DNA of 64,000 bases from Mizuhopecten yessoensis (taxonomy: Eukaryota), in NCBI RefSeq assembly GCF_002113885.1, contig NW_018404512.1, positions 218,553 to 282,552 on the forward strand, read 5' to 3'. Below the pieces are notes generated by a model. The model was given only the letters and a program-made list of their open reading frames with translations. It had not been told where the DNA came from and searched no databases. Made by a program: the position numbers and the translations under genes. Positions 1-30,785 of this stretch are shown piece by piece (within the stretch, counting starts at the first letter, position 1; every line of letters starts with the position of its first letter).

Positions 1-130
1 ATACAGTAAATTGTTACATGCATACAGTAAATTGTTACATGTACAGTAAATTGTTACATGCATACAGTAAATTGTTACATGCATACAGTAAATTGTTACA
101 TGCATACAGCAAATTGTTACATGTATACAG
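1..130. repeat. ~22-bp minisatellite (atacagtaaattgttacatgc), runs off the window start
   Basis: About six direct tandem copies visible. Confidence 0.9.
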
Positions 131-2304
131 TATGTCTATCTAATATCATATTGTTGACAATGATCACAATTATCATGACTGGTGAAATCATAATGTACTG
201 AACATGTTTATTTTGACATTCATGATATCATGCAGGAATTGGGCTTTTTCTTCATGAAAAATTGATGATCTGACCAGAATGTACTGGTCACAGAGCTTCA
301 AGATTTCTAAATTTCTGGCATGGTGCATGTACACTGTTGGAAAACTGCAGAAGGCCCATGGCCAGTTTCCAATCTCTTAACGTAGCTCTAGGACTAGTAC
401 TATATTATAATCATGTACAGATAATTAATTGTTTTATATAAATAATAAATAATAAAATGATGGTTGATACTTGTATACACTTTTTAAAGCCTAAAAAGTC
501 TGTGTTTCTTAAATTGTCCATAAATGAATAAAAAACTTTCGCAAATATTTTTCATTTCAAATCAAACAGAAACAAAAAATGATTAAATCTAGTGATGAGA
601 AAACTGACAAAAATGTTATAGTCACTGGAGTACATTGCATGTTTCACTGATGATCGGAATATGATATTGTCTCTGACAACATATTTTATTTCCTCCAAAG
701 CTTTCTGCCAATGCAAATGACAGGCCAATAGCTGTGACATTGAGGTCATGCATCAAGTCGCGATCAATAACATTTGCATTATATAAAATAAAGGGTACCA
801 ACAAGTTCGACTATATTATTACCATTGTAATACATTCGTATTGTGAAATATTTGTTAAGTCCTTTCTCAAAATAAATTCTCCTTAAAAATCCCATGTTGC
901 TGCATGTGGATTTTATAGAATTGTAGCTACATAGTTGAATTGGTTGAAAATAAAATAAAAATTAGCCTAGCTGCTAGAGAACAGTCCCTGCAGATAAAAA
1001 AATTGTTGACCAAATCTGTCAGGAAACCATTATGGATCAGGTGGAACAGTTTCCACAACATGTACTGTATTACTGTATATATATGTCCAGTGATTATTTT
1101 TGGGTGCGCCATTGCAGGATTCCCACAATAATATGCATTTCAAAATACTGCCCATAAGAATGGCTTTGAATTAATTACTGACTTTTGACACGCTGAGCGA
1201 CACAAGTGGAAATAGACAAGTCTACTGTAATCAAACACACCCAGATACGTCATGTGACATGCATTGAAACACACACGGAAATCTTAAATATAACTATATT
1301 TGACCATGTAGTTTCTAAGATCAGAGCAGCGAAGAAGAGTCCCATAAGATCATACTGATAGTTCATAACTATACAAACATAATTAATGACCAAAAGAGTT
1401 CATAAATATACAAACATAATTAATGACCAAAAGTGTCTTTAACTTATGTGCTACTTTTACGATTCTTAGGAAATTTGGTCGTATGTTACTTGATCCAGCA
1501 AAATTAGGGTTTTATTTTTTTATATTATTTTATAAAACATTGAAAAATAAATGTCAGATGAATAAACAATGATATATTTTTGGATTTTCTTCACAAACAA
1601 CTGCATTTTTCTGATTTTCTGCACAAAAACATTAATAGATTGCATGTACTTCAACTTTGGACATAGGCTGTACATTATAAAGCTTCAAACACAAATTCAA
1701 ATGTCATTACTTAGTCTTAAGATGGAGCAGTGGGAATTGGTATGTACAGTAAATTTATCAGTATTATCACAGAATTAGATAAATAAGTCTGTAGTATTAT
1801 AACTTTAATTGAAGCTTAATTAACGTTTCCTTTTAGATTAATTGTTTTTTGTTTTAGTAATATATGTATACAATGTATACATGCAACTTGCCCCACTTTT
1901 GCAAACAAAAAGGCCCCACATTGTTTTGCTATAGGGCCAAAACTGATGCCCCCTTAATACTGTAAGCAAGGCAAGAACAATAACTGCAATTGTGGCCGCA
2001 TTCTTCTCGTGCACATAAAAAAGGTTATGGATAAATGAGCCAGTCTGTGAAACAAAATTCTTTAATCTAATAACTCAATTTCTGGAAACTTTGTTTCTTC
2101 GATGGTTATACAGGAAAATTGGTTATGATTTCTGTTACAAGTACATGTATTTTCCAAAAGCACACCTGAGGCCTTATGGTCAAATAAATTTGAACAATGG
2201 ATTGGGCAAAAGTTATTACAACTTATATAATTATCATAGCCTTCTCCTGTCACTACATTTAGCATTGCATGATTTTAATAAAACATGAAGTATATATATT
2301 ATTC

Positions 2305-2925
2305 CAATCTAATTAAAATTATATCTTCACATCGCTCCCGTTTACTGATATGTCGCGTTGAAGATCTAACAACATCCCGTAGAGGGTCACGTTCAGGCGA
2401 CCTTTGCATTAACCAATCAGATGAGAGCTTACGCATTTCTGTAAGTGATGATGTAATGATTTTGGAACACACTTGCTATGATAAAAGACCGAGAGGTGTC
2501 AAATGAGCATCGAAAATGGCGGCGCCCATGACACCACGCCTTGTCTATCTACAAGACAACATTTGTACAATTTGTGGATTTTGCTTTGAAATAAGAGAGA
2601 CTTCCTCTTCTGGTGATGTTGTCGTTAAAAGTTAAACAACCTGAAACTAAAATTTACCAATGACAGGCTTCGCAATATTCAAACTATCACTGGACCAGAC
2701 GAAAAAGTGGATTTTGGGCTACGAGGTGTCTGCATTAAATGCTACAGGTCCTGCTTTCTGATTGGTTGAAAGAAAGAGTTATGCCGCGTTTTGATTGGCT
2801 TGTTATAAATACGATAATACATTCATGTTGACCTCTGACGTGACCCTCTATGGCATGTTGTTAGATCTTCAACGCGACATATCAGTAAACGGGAGCGATG
2901 TGAAGATATAATTTTAATTAGATTG
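2305..2925 (+). mobile_element. Non-autonomous DNA transposon with ~90-bp TIRs (CAATCTAATTAAAATT...) and a 9-bp TSD
   Basis: Left end 2305-2400 is the reverse complement of 2830-2925. Flanks atattattc (2296-2304) and atgttattc (2926-2934) match 8/9. Confidence 0.9.
2516..2748 (+). pseudogene. Frameshifted 5' remnant of a transposon gene with a CxxC...CxxC (ZAD/zf-AD-like) zinc finger
   Basis: Manual translation: MAAPMTPRLVYLQDNICTICGFCFEIRETSSSGDVVVK / frameshift / KLNNLKLKFTNDRLRNIQTITGPDEKVDFGLRGVCIKCYR. ATG lies in an aaaATGGCG context downstream of a CCAAT box. Confidence 0.6.
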
Positions 2926-3411
2926 ATGTTATTCACACAGACGCATGTTTTTACTTCTTTCATGAAATTTAACTTCAATATAGCAAAAATTGTCAAAATC
3001 AATGTTAACTCAGTCTCTGTCAATAATGGAGAATAGAGAAAACATATTATTACAATATCAGACAAGGAACTGATTTATAATGAAAGAAATTGAATGTTAA
3101 ATTTCATAAGTTCCTGTCTGTATAGATAATGAGATTAGTTTCACCACTTATAATCCCAAGCATGGGTAGGTCGTGACACCGGTCATCGACGTCTAAAACC
3201 ATACTTATGTACTTACAGGACTTTATATGAAACAGGAGCAAAATTTAATTTATAAGTGAACATTTTATATGCCTTGAAACGACTTGCGTTAGTCCCGAAA
3301 CATCTTGTGTTATGCCTGGAAATGTCTTTGGAACTCCCGAAAAGACTTGTTACTGAAACGACCTGTTACCCAAACGACTAGCATTCAATACCAGAATGTT
3401 TCTACAAATAT

Positions 3412-3815
3412 AACAAGAGTACCGCTGGGCGGAACAATTTACTGAAATGAGCAAAGGGCAATAACTTTTGCAAAAATTGTTGAATCAAAATTCTTTTAGG
3501 GGAGACACAACTTCATATCATGTTTATATACTGTATACCAAGTTTCAAGAGATCCAAGAAATCCGTCAAAAAATGTAGGAGATCTCCAGACAAAAAATCA
3601 AATACTGAAATGAACAAAGGGCAAAAACTTTTGGAAAGAATTTTGAATCAAAATTCTTTTAAGGGAGACACAACTTTATATCATGATTATAATGTATACC
3701 AAGTTATAAAGAGATCGGTCGAAAAATGTAGGAGGAGATTGCCAGACAAACAAAAGTTTACGCCGGATGACCCCATACCATAATACTCCCGTCAAAATTT
3801 GACGTGCGTATAAAA
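3412..3815 (+). mobile_element. HINE/Helentron-like non-autonomous element with ~160-bp internal repeats
   Basis: Starts aacaagag, has two internal copies of a ctgaaatga..aaagggca..gagacacaactt unit, and ends with a hairpin (cgtcaaaatttgacg) plus tataaaaa. Confidence 0.6.
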
Positions 3816-4040
3816 AGAGAATGTGGGATCCTCAAAACTCTAAGCAGACGCTAGCGCTCTACCAATTGAGCTAACTGGTTGCCAACAATTGACCCAGTCC
3901 AGTTCTGCTACAACCCTCCCTCCTTTTTTTAAGTCCAGGCCCCCAATTTAAACTCAGGTTCAGATATCCCCTTACTAAGCATTTACCCAGTGTTTGACAC
4001 AAGGGTTGACAAACTCGCCAATTTTGTAACAAGAGAAATA
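3816..4040 (-). mobile_element. Miniature LTR element (TRIM) with tRNA-like LTR: 5' LTR end, PBS, ~110-bp internal region, PPT, 3' LTR
   Basis: Minus strand reads ...ctcttgttaCA aaatTGGcgag...internal...aaaaaaaggagggaggg t TGtagcagaactggactggg...agttagctcaattggtagagcg (tRNA A-box). Confidence 0.8.
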
Positions 4041-4134
4041 GCCTGAGTTTCCTCTGGCCCTGACACCAGACTTAAGACATTTTGACAGGTGTGGGGCCAG
4101 AGCGCACTACTATATATATGAAAACGTGGAATTC

Positions 4135-4478
4135 TCCGACACCATTTGGTGTCGTAGAGTTTTGAGGTGCTGACAACAAAAATCGTCTATGACAAAACAC
4201 ATACCTCACATATATTTTAATGGATTATTTATTAATCCAAATTACATCCGCCCTTTTATCACCAACATCTGCTAAATTCCATCATAAGAGTCCTCGGTTT
4301 ACAATCGTTCAAAACTTCCCACCTGAGCAGACACCATTTTTGTATGTCAGGGTAGTGACTAATCAACAATCTGTACAGATCCGGACCGAAATCTTTTATT
4401 TCATGTTTAGAAAATTTCCGTACCGCTTTTTCTTGTTGATAGCAGCTCAAAACTCTCCCGACCCCAAACGGTGTCAGA
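4135..4478. mobile_element. MITE with ~45-bp imperfect TIRs, apparently interrupting the tRNA-LTR
   Basis: tccgacaccatttggtgtcgtagagttttgaggtgctgacaac (4135-) is inverted at 4431-4478. Confidence 0.65.
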
Positions 4479-4579
4479 CCAGGGTTCGAACCTTGGACCC
4501 TCCGAACTCTAGACAGACGCGCTCTACCAATTGGGCTATCTGGTCGCCGATGATCGACCAGGACCAATTCCGAAACACA
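4479..4579 (-). mobile_element. 5' part of a tRNA-containing LTR (same family)
   Basis: Minus strand: ggcgaccagatagcccaattggtagagcgcgtctgtctagagttcggagggtccaaggttcgaaccctgg, with A and B boxes; homologous to 36578-36706. Confidence 0.75.
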
Positions 4580-5073
4580 AAAAATAATTTGTGTTCAATG
4601 GTACATGGCATTTTAACTGTTCTTGTTTGCTCTATGATGCAAATTATTGTACTTGTGGGCTATATCATTATTTTTACTGACAGTTTTATGTACTTTCGTG
4701 TAAGTTAATCCCCGTTCATAGAGATCTTTGTAAGTAGGGTGCATCTCGTTTTGTGGAATCCATCTCGGGAAGTCGAGAGATCCAAACCTGGTTAGCTATA
4801 CAGTACTGTACTGTAGACGTGTACAGTAGTATAGGGAGGACGAGTGGGGGGTGGGGGTAGTTGGAGCGTATGTTTGGGGAGAGTAAACCACCAAAGCACT
4901 ACCATAGCCTCGACATATGCGTTTAATAGTCCTCACTTCATTTATTTTCAAAATCGTGGGCATAGTCTCGAAATTGAAACGTTGACGTTGTCGTACACCA
5001 AACATAACCACCAGGTGAATCAAGAACAGACATGCTTGATAAAACACGCAATATTTTCAATATTTTTACTTAC

Positions 5074-5109
5074 GTCGATTGATTCTCCCATACTGAATAG
5101 ATCCGCCAT
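5074..5109 (-). CDS. Probable first coding exon of an unidentified gene divergent from Hsp110 (MADLFSMGESID)
   Basis: actATGGCG start, 12 open codons, then a perfect GTAAGT donor at 5073-5068. A YY1-like aaaacATGGCG motif lies ~120 bp upstream, head-to-head with Hsp110. Confidence 0.45.
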
Positions 5110-5464
5110 AGTATTACTTTAACAAATATATAGATCCCTCCATATATACCACAACAATGTCAGTCATTTCACATAAAATTGTCAATAAATTCCGTTTCAG
5201 TTCCATGTTTTCCGGGTGAATCTCGCCATGTTTTGAAAATCTCAAAGACGCGCCTCAACTTGAATCGGTTTTAGTCCAGCACTGAATAAAATAAATAATT
5301 GCAATAAAACAACGATATCTTTCTTGAATAAACACCCTTTTAAAAATACTTTACACGAAAAGCAGTTTGAATAATTATTGATTGATGTTACAATTTTTTA
5401 ATATATTCTCAAAATTTCTGCTGTTCTAGTATTTCTGGGAAGACTCATCGGAAGGCGTTTGGTT

Positions 5465-5502
5465 CACGTGTGTTCCAGAAGATTCGCCGACAGAATATAT
5501 AT
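5465..5502 (+). promoter_or_regulatory. Hsp110 promoter: E-box, perfect 3-unit heat-shock element, TATA-like tract
   Basis: CACGTG 5465-5470; gTTCcaGAAgaTTCg 5472-5486 (nTTCnnGAAnnTTCn); aatatatat ~5494-5502; ~170 bp upstream of the ATG. Confidence 0.8.
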
Positions 5503-5637
5503 CAACACGAAGAAGGACTAGGAAAGAATTTGTCAGAAATATTACGAATATATGTATTCATAATTAACACCAAACAGTGATTTCCGACAGTTCTTACATT
5601 GAAGGCTTTAGCTAACAGAGAAATAATATCGGTGTAG

Positions 5638-24365
<18,728 letters not shown>

Positions 24366-27042
24366 TAATTGTTTTGTTAGATTGATTGTTATCGTTAGGG
24401 GCACTGCTGTTATGGCAGCGACAGTGGGATCACCAAGACTACTTGTTATGGAAAGACCACTTCAGGTCTTGCAGCTTTGCATGGTTAATTAACATTGGAT
24501 TTTCCTGTGAAGGAAATATCGTAGAAAGTGCTTACTTTTCAATGTGATCATTGTACATATTTCAGGATTCTACACCATTGTATGGTGTGGCTAGCTGAAA
24601 CGATCTAACCTGTGTGAGGACTGCTGAGAGGATCTAACACGGCACCACTGATCAAAGCAAGCCTCTACAGCTAACAGGATACTTGTTGTGAGAGTATTAG
24701 CTTTTCTATTGAAGCCTCAACAGTGTACAGTGATTGTAGCTAAGTTATGGTCAACAGCACGGCCACAATATTCATCTTCTAACGCTGAATGATGAGTTTG
24801 TCATCTTACCTTCATGAAGAGGCAGGACAAATGAATTTACATTAGCTTGGTGGATGTTACATGAACACATGAACAAGTCCACAAAATAATGTGCGAGTGT
24901 TAAAATGTTTTCTGATGATATACAGCATTAACATAAATGTCATGAAACCAGATTGATTATCAGTTGTAAATCATTCCTAGTTTGAGCAGTTCACCAACTG
25001 AGATCACAGACACATTGAGACAATATAGAAATGTTACCGGTGTCCTGTAACTTAAATTTTGTCTCTGTGTGTTCTCACTATGGATCAAATAGGTTAAGCC
25101 GTTATTTATTATTCCTGCAATCAACTAATCTTAGTCACATCATAGTTCACTGTACATTCTTTTTTTTTCACAGTGCTCATTTCTTGATTTTAGATTTCAT
25201 CAAGTACATCAACATACCATACTCAAACTAACAAGTGCCCAAGGTACTAAGCATTTTGGGAAAATAAAAATTATTGCACTTTCTCACTTTGGTCCATTAT
25301 GTTTGAAGAAACGAGATACTTAGACAAGGATAGAGTTGGACATTTGTAAGGTTGAATATGACAATTGTATTTCTAGTCCACTTGCACAGGAGATTCCACA
25401 TTTTTGAAAGCAAGAACATGTACTGAAAATGGTAACTGGAAATCTCTTATCTAATCAGGTCTTTCTAATTGATTTCCCCTGTCAGCAATTTCAAGAAGAT
25501 AAAGAATTCTGCCTTCGTTTCATGTTCAAGTGGTTGAAGCATCTGCATGCTTGTCATATACATTTTAGGTGGTAGTTCATGCAATTCCTACCTTTGCTTA
25601 TCATTCAGGTGTTGAAGATGTCAACAAGCTTGTTGGTCAAAGTTGTAGTTTGTGTAAATCACATATTTATCGAGACCTTTTAGAAATATTGATCTTCGGA
25701 AGACCTATGGAAGATAGTGAGGATCTTAGTGTTGCATTTATGGTCTCTGTCAACTTTGTAGACAACACCCATTTCTTATTTTTCAGTGGATTGTTGTACT
25801 CTGCTGCTTATGAATAGTCCAGATTAATTCAAATCTTTTAATGGGATTTTATTTAGTATGAGAAAATTCATGGATAATACAGCAGGTTTCCTGACCCTGT
25901 TAGGTAACGCACTGATCAACCTGTATTAGGTAAGATTAACACTAGTCTCCTCCAGCAGCAATTAAGCTTTTGAATCAATCTGCACACTATTTATTTGAAT
26001 TTGTACCATTCATATGGTCAGTTATGATGAATATGTCTGAAGAAAAAAAATTATAAAAAATTTATGTTAAAAATTTGTGTTCGTTGTTTGTCAACAAGAA
26101 GCTTATGACCAAGAGTAAAGTCGAAAAGTTTGTATCAGACCTTGTCAGTCTTATCAGTATCCTCAGACACTAGAGCTGTGAATACAGTTCATTGAATATT
26201 AGTAAATTTAACTCCGGCAGGAATTCCAATATTAGTACTATAGTATATTTTCTCAAAGGTTTTGGTCAAATAGCACCCTGGGTATTTTTTTTGGAACAGG
26301 AACAACATAACCTTAAACTGTTGAACCTTGTACTTCATTTTACCTGTATCACACACAAGAGCGCCTTAGCTCCAATAATTTATGTACTTATAGTTTACCC
26401 TAAGCCTCGCTTCGACTGAAGTTGTGGGTATCTAGTATTGGCAGACTCCGTCCGTGCATACTGTGGCTTCTGAAGCCTGTTCCGTTTACTATTTCATGAA
26501 TTGGCATCAAACTTTTTATGTATTAAATCATGGGAAGGTGGTGTGTCGCATCCTAAAACAGCAAGCTGTTGGAGAACAGCATAGCTCGCCTATTGGTGAT
26601 ATATGTTATAAGATGGCAAATATCAATAGAAACAAATGTATAGTAAAACGGCAATATACTGCCCATCATTTCATTTGCCACCTCACTTACTGCCAACATA
26701 TTTAATGTTTAATAATCTTTTTCTTAAGAATTCCTTATACGTTTCCCTCAATTTAATCGCCAAACCCCTTTATAATGCCAACATTTCTTTGAACAAATGA
26801 TGGCAATAAAACAAGGTGTTGCTGTACCTTAACATGTAAGAAGAGATGACCAGCCAATGTGAAATAGTCCACAGCGTATTGATCGTGGTGACCGATCTAA
26901 CACTGCACAAAAAAACTTGTCCAACTTACCAGTTTTGGCCCCTAAAATAATGAAAATATAATTCAGAACATTGCTTAAACTCCATGTAAATACTCCAACT
27001 TTATAACAGCCTACTGATAGTGGTGATCCAACACTACACAAT

Positions 27043-27702
27043 ACAAGAGACCCAATGGGCCTGCATCGCTCACCTGGTATTAATTTCACACTTGTAATCT
27101 TAAAAGTGGACTAAAATACAGCAACAGGCAGAATATCAGTGTTTGATTCATAAGAACTTATTAAAAGATTTAAACATGACGCCTGTGACCTTGAATGTCG
27201 AACAAGGACATTAGGTTGAAAGTGGGTCAAGAACATTCATTTGAGTAAACTTGGTAGCCTTTCATCCTAGCATGCTACAGGCCCAATATCAATACCCTGG
27301 ACCTTTTGGTTATTGAGAAGAATTTGTTTGAAGATTTTAAGACATTTGACCCCTATGACCTTGAAAGTGGGTCAAGGTAATTCATTTGATCAAACTTGGT
27401 AGCCCTTCACCCCAGCATGCTACAGGCCCAATATCAGTACCCTGGGCCTTTTGGTTATCAAGAAGAAGTTGTTTGAAGATTTTAAGACATTTGACCCCAG
27501 TGATCTTGAAAGTGGGTCAAGGTCGTTAATTTGAACAAACTTGGTAGCTCTTCATCCAAGCATGCTTCTGGCCAAATATCATCACCCTAGGCCTTTTTGT
27601 TACTGAAAAGAAGTTGTTTAACGTAAAAAGTTGACACCGGACTGACGACGGACGCGGCACTATGCCATAAGCTCACTTGGCCCTTGGCCAGTTGAGCTAA
27701 AA
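27043..27702 (+). mobile_element. HINE/Helentron-like element with ~145-bp core repeats
   Basis: 5' acaagagacccaatgggcc..gctcacc; tandem tgaccttga units; gacggacg tract; terminal hairpin gctcacttggcc/ggccagttgagc; aaaa. Confidence 0.75.
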
Positions 27703-27738
27703 ATTTGGCATAAAAACTTTAGCCTCAAGTTTACCAAA

Positions 27739-28938
27739 AACAAGAGGCCCAATGGGCCTGCATCGCTCACCTGGTATAAATCTCACACTTGTAACCTTAA
27801 AAGTGATCAAAATAAAGCTACAGGCAAAATATCAGTATATATGATTAAAATTCCTTCAAAAGACCCATTTAATTTTTAAAACATTTCATCCCTGTGACCT
27901 TGAAAGTCGAACAAAGTCATTATGTTGAACAAGTTTTATAGCCTTTCATTTCAGGATGCAACTTGCAAAGTATCAACATCCTGGGACCCATGGTTATTCA
28001 GAAGAGGTCGTTTAAAGATTTTAAACAAATTTGACCCCTGTGACCTTGAATATAATTCAAAGTCATTCACTTTAACAAACATAGTAGTCCTTGATCCCAG
28101 CATGCTACTGACTAAATATCAACATCCTGAGCCTTTTGGTCATTCAGAACAAGTTGTTTAAATATTTTGAACACATTTGCTCCTTGTGACCTTGAATATG
28201 ATTCAAGGTCATACATTTAAACAAATGCGGTAGTATGCTTCTGACTAAATATCATCACCCTGGGCATTTTGGTTATTCAGAAGAAGTTGTTTAAAGTTTT
28301 TAACATGTTTGACAACTGAGACCTTGAATATGGATGAAGGTCATTTATTTGAACAAACTTTGTAGCCCTTTATCTCAGCATGCTACTGGTCAAATATCAT
28401 CACCCAGGGCCAGGGCATTTTGGTTATTGAGAAGTAGTTGTTTAAAGTTTTTAACATATTTGACCCCTGTGACCTTGAATATAGGTGAAGGTCATTCATT
28501 TGAACAAACCTTGTAGCCCTTTATCTCAGCATGCTACTGGCCAAATAGCATCACCCTGGGCATTTTGGTTATTGAGAAGAAGTTGTTTAAAGTTTTTTTA
28601 AGACAAAAAATTGACCCCTGTGACCTTGAATATAATTGAAGGTCATTCATCCTTTGAACAAACTTGGTAGCCCTTCACCCAAGCATGCTCCTGGCCAAAT
28701 ATCATCTCCCTGGGCAGTTTGGTTATAGAGAAGATGTTTAAAGTTTTTAACATTTTTGACCCCTGTGACCTTGAAAATGGGTGAAGGTCATTAATTTTAA
28801 TAAACTTTGTAGCCCTTCATCCCAGTTTGCTTCTGGTAAAATATCGACACCCTAGGCCTTTCGGTTATTAAGAAGAAGTCGTTTAAAAGTAAAATATTGA
28901 CGCGGGACGCCAAACGCTACAGCATAAGCTCACTTGGC
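27739..28938 (+). mobile_element. Second HINE-like copy, same family, ~7 core repeats
   Basis: Same 5' end aacaagaggcccaatgggcc; ~145-bp units; truncated 3' hairpin. Confidence 0.75.
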
Positions 28939-29010
28939 ACTTCATGCCTCAAACTTGCCCCAAAAAACTTTAACCAAGTCCAATTAAGCTGTGTTTTGCC
29001 CCTTAAATAT

Positions 29011-30300
29011 AACAAGAGGCCCAGGGGCCTTAATAGCTCACCTGGTATTTTATTTTTCAATTTAAAACCTGCTGAGTACCATTCAGGTTTATCAAAGGAG
29101 TACAAGTAACAAAGTTGCATCTTCCATTTATAAATATTCAATTCCCTTTGCCCAAAGATTCTCTAAAACAAGTTTGGTTAGGTTAAAATCCCTTCAACGG
29201 TACAGAAGGAGAAGGATCTTTAATGTTTTCCTCTATTTCCCCTAATGGGCCCCACTAATCTGCCCCAAAGAAGGGGAATCCACACACCTCAGTTTAAACA
29301 AAATTGATTCTTTTCTCCCTAAGCATGCTTCAGACTGCATTTGGTTTAAATCCCTTCACTTGTATAGTAGGAGAAAAAAAATCCTCTATTTCCCCTATTG
29401 GGCCCCGCTCCTATGCCGCCAGAAGGCCCACACCCTCCGTTTATACAAACTTGAGTCTCCTTTGTCCAAAGATGCTCTAGGACAAATTTGGTCAAAATCC
29501 TTCAATTGGTTGAGGAGAAGATTTTTAAAGATTTACCTATTTTCCCCTATTTGGCCCCGTCCCTCTGCCCCCAGGGGGACCATACCCTCCGTTCATACAA
29601 AACTGAGAACCCTTTGGCCAATGATGCTCCAGACCAAATTTGGTCAAAATCCCTTCATCGGTACAAAAGGAGAAGGATATTTGATGTTTTCCTCTATTTC
29701 CCCTAATGGGCCCCACCCATCTGCCCTTAGAAGGAGGCCCACACACCTCAGTTTATACAAAATTGATTCTTTTGTCCCTAATCATGCTTCAGACTGCATT
29801 TGGTTAAAATCCCTTCACTTGTATAGCAGGAGAAAAAAAATCCTCTATTTCCCCTATTGGGCCCCGCCCCTCCGCCCCCAGAGGGGCCACACCCTCCGTT
29901 TATACAAACTTGAGTCTTCTTTGTCCAAAGATGCTCTAGGACAAATTTGGTCAAAATCCTTCAATTGGTTGAGAAGAAGAACATTTTTAAAGATTTACCT
30001 TTTTTCCCCTTATTTAGCCCCGCCCCTCTGCCCCGAGGGGGGGCTATACCGTCCGTTTATACAAAACTGAGAACCCTTTGGCCAATGATGCTCCTGACCA
30101 AGCTTCAGACTGCATTTGGTTTAAATCCCTTCACTTGTATAGTAGGAGAGAAAAAATCCTCTACTTCCCCTATTTGGCCCCAACCCTCTGCCCCCAAAGA
30201 GGCCACACCCTCCGTTTATACAAACTTGAGTCTCCTTTGTCCAAAGATGCTCTAGGACAAATTTGGTCAAAATCCTTCAATTGGTTGAGAAGAAGAAGAT
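29011..30300 (+). mobile_element. HINE-like element of a different family; ~150-bp monomers in a ~460-bp higher-order repeat
   Basis: 5' aacaagaggcccaggggcc..gctcacctgg; tttggt(t/c)aaaatcc(c)ttca about every 150 bp; long identical blocks recur ~460 bp apart (29226 vs 29687). Confidence 0.75.
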
Positions 30301-30547
30301 GATACACTCGATATAAATGACTTAACCTCATAATAGACAACAGTCTGATGATCCAACACTGTCTGGAAAAAACTTGCCCAAAACCTAAGCTACCTTTATT
30401 TGTTCAGGGCATATTTCGGCCACTGTTGCATGAATGGCCATCACACTTTGTTAAATAGGTACACAGGGAAAGCAGTGTGTCACATTCAGAAATGAGGTCA
30501 TTGTGACCTTTATTTGGCCTTAATTAATGAAACATGGTGTACTACAG

Positions 30548-30785
30548 GGCCTGTGTTCGTGACACCGTTTTCATGCTCAAGTCCAGTTTCTTGATCCAGT
30601 GATAATTTAGTATATAATCATACTTCGTCAATGATATGTTAGATATTCTGAGGGACTTTAACCGATGACTGTTTTCAGTGTTTACAATTGACTTTTTGAT
30701 TACAAGATTTAAGCAGGTTACAACAAAGTCTGCTTGAGCACAGAAATCATGCTTGGGCATAAGAATGGTTTCATGAATATGGGCC
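30548..30785. mobile_element. PIF/Harbinger-like MITE
   Basis: TIRs ggcctgtgttcgtga..catgctcaag / cttgggcat..tcatgaatatgggcc, with 3-bp CAG direct flanks. Confidence 0.6.

Noticed and set aside
4220-4708. 162-aa and 102-aa ORFs
   Set aside because: They span a MITE and a tRNA-LTR fragment and are chance ORFs.
24789-24840. SECIS-like hairpin (atgag tttgtc...gacaaa tgaa) in the Hsp110 3' UTR
   Set aside because: There is no apical AAR motif at the expected position, and the Hsp110 TGA follows the normal MDID end and is immediately followed by TAA.
29360-30302. 236-aa and overlapping ORFs
   Set aside because: They lie within HINE core repeats and show no protein motifs.
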